From assembly GCF_036588685.1 (NCBI RefSeq), contig NC_086376.1:91863630-91927629 (forward strand): a stretch of DNA of 64,000 bases, given 5' to 3'. The translations under genes were made by a program, and so were the position numbers. Below, one piece after another: positions 63,101 to 64,000 of this stretch. This DNA comes from Mytilus trossulus (Eukaryota). Each line of letters starts with the position of its first letter. Within the stretch, counting starts at the first letter, position 1. Below the pieces are notes generated by a model, which saw only the letters and a list, made by a program, of their open reading frames with translations, ran no database searches and was not told where the DNA came from.

Positions 63101-63572
63101 GCCTTTTAGTTGAAATGGTATATAAAGTATTGTAAAATCTGTATCAGGAGCCTTTGGTTGAAATGTCACAGTATAAAGTATTGTAAAATCTGTATCAGGA
63201 GCCTTGAGTTGAAATGGTATTAAGTATTGTGAAATCTGTATCAGGAGCCTTTAGTTGAAATGGTATAAAGTATTGTGAAATCTGTATCAGGAGCCTTTAG
63301 TTGAAATGGTATAAAGTATTGTGAAATCTGTATCAGGAGCCTTTAGTTGAAATGGTAAAAAGTATTGTGAAATCTGTATCAGGAGCCTTTAGTTGAAATG
63401 GTATAAAGTATTGGGAAATCTGTATCAGGAGCCTTTAGTTGAAATGGTATAAAGTATTGGGAAATCTGTATCAGGAGCCTTTAGTTGAAATGGTATAATG
63501 CATTGTGAAATCTATATCAGGAGCCTTTAGTTGAAATGGTATAAAGTATTGTGAAATCTGTATCCGGAGCCT
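63101..63572. repeat. Minisatellite, 46-bp unit, ~10 copies
   Basis: GCCTTTAGTTGAAATGGTATAAAGTATTGTGAAATCTGTATCAGGA repeated. Confidence 0.95.
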
Positions 63573-64000
63573 ATAAATGACTATAATATAAATGATGCCT
63601 CCCACTTTTAGTCTATAACACTCATATAACTTCGTAGTCTTTGCAACTCATATGACTTAATCGTCATTTTTTTCGTAGCATAAGAACGTTACCCCCACTT
63701 TCATAGGTTTATAGGACTGATAATGGCGTAAATACTACATGTATAGGTGAAACACGAAAAAGACAACGCCTACATTTTTAGTGGTATAAAAACCTGTATA
63801 TTTTGCTGGTTTAGATGTTTTATCATCGTCACAGCCGAGGCAATTAAGACTTCAAATTACGTTTGTTGCTTCCTCGAGGTTGCCTCTGCGCTATGCACGC
63901 GGCATTTAATTGTCAGAGCAAAGACTGTTTCATTTTGAATCAGCACATTATGATTCTAAGTTCAGGTAAAACTACTGGTCTTTTTGTGGACTGTTAGATT

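Noticed and set aside
62858-63169. Repeat-protein ORFs (YLYGAIIYMEH)n
   Set aside because: Translation of the 16/17-bp minisatellite.
61820-63572. CRISPR-like array (32-46-bp repeats)
   Set aside because: Units are head-to-tail with no unique spacers (the 30-bp intervening segments are themselves identical), there are no cas genes, and the context is eukaryotic.

Overview
AT-rich, repeat-dense animal genomic DNA. The repeat families and genes suggest a bivalve mollusc, most likely a Mytilus mussel (inference). Protein-coding content: a four-exon NDUFA13/GRIM-19 gene (4978-10293, +; 148 aa); three intact, intronless, paralogous single-cysteine-cluster Toll-like receptors (15807-18299 -, 30103-32595 -, 40107-42596 +); and a triply disabled THAP-HTH-DDE (PIF/Harbinger/ISL2EU-type) transposase (2355-3888, -). 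The rest is a mosaic of mobile DNA: a Helitron, Helentron-associated (HINE-like) elements, several MITEs with identifiable target-site duplications (TSDs), a 3.3-kb CAC-ended element with a 5-bp TSD (Transib-like), Tc1, LINE and Penelope-like relics, SINEs and minisatellites. The most notable non-coding signal is a ~340-360-nt repeat family carrying a type I hammerhead ribozyme (retrozyme-like). Every copy here has a damaged core, but five copies end at the same point about 40-50 nt 3' of the cleavage site. The TLR paralogues have patchwork ectodomains, near-identical TIR domains and no BB-loop proline. Roughly 56-61.8 kb is mostly unique non-coding sequence with no supportable feature.
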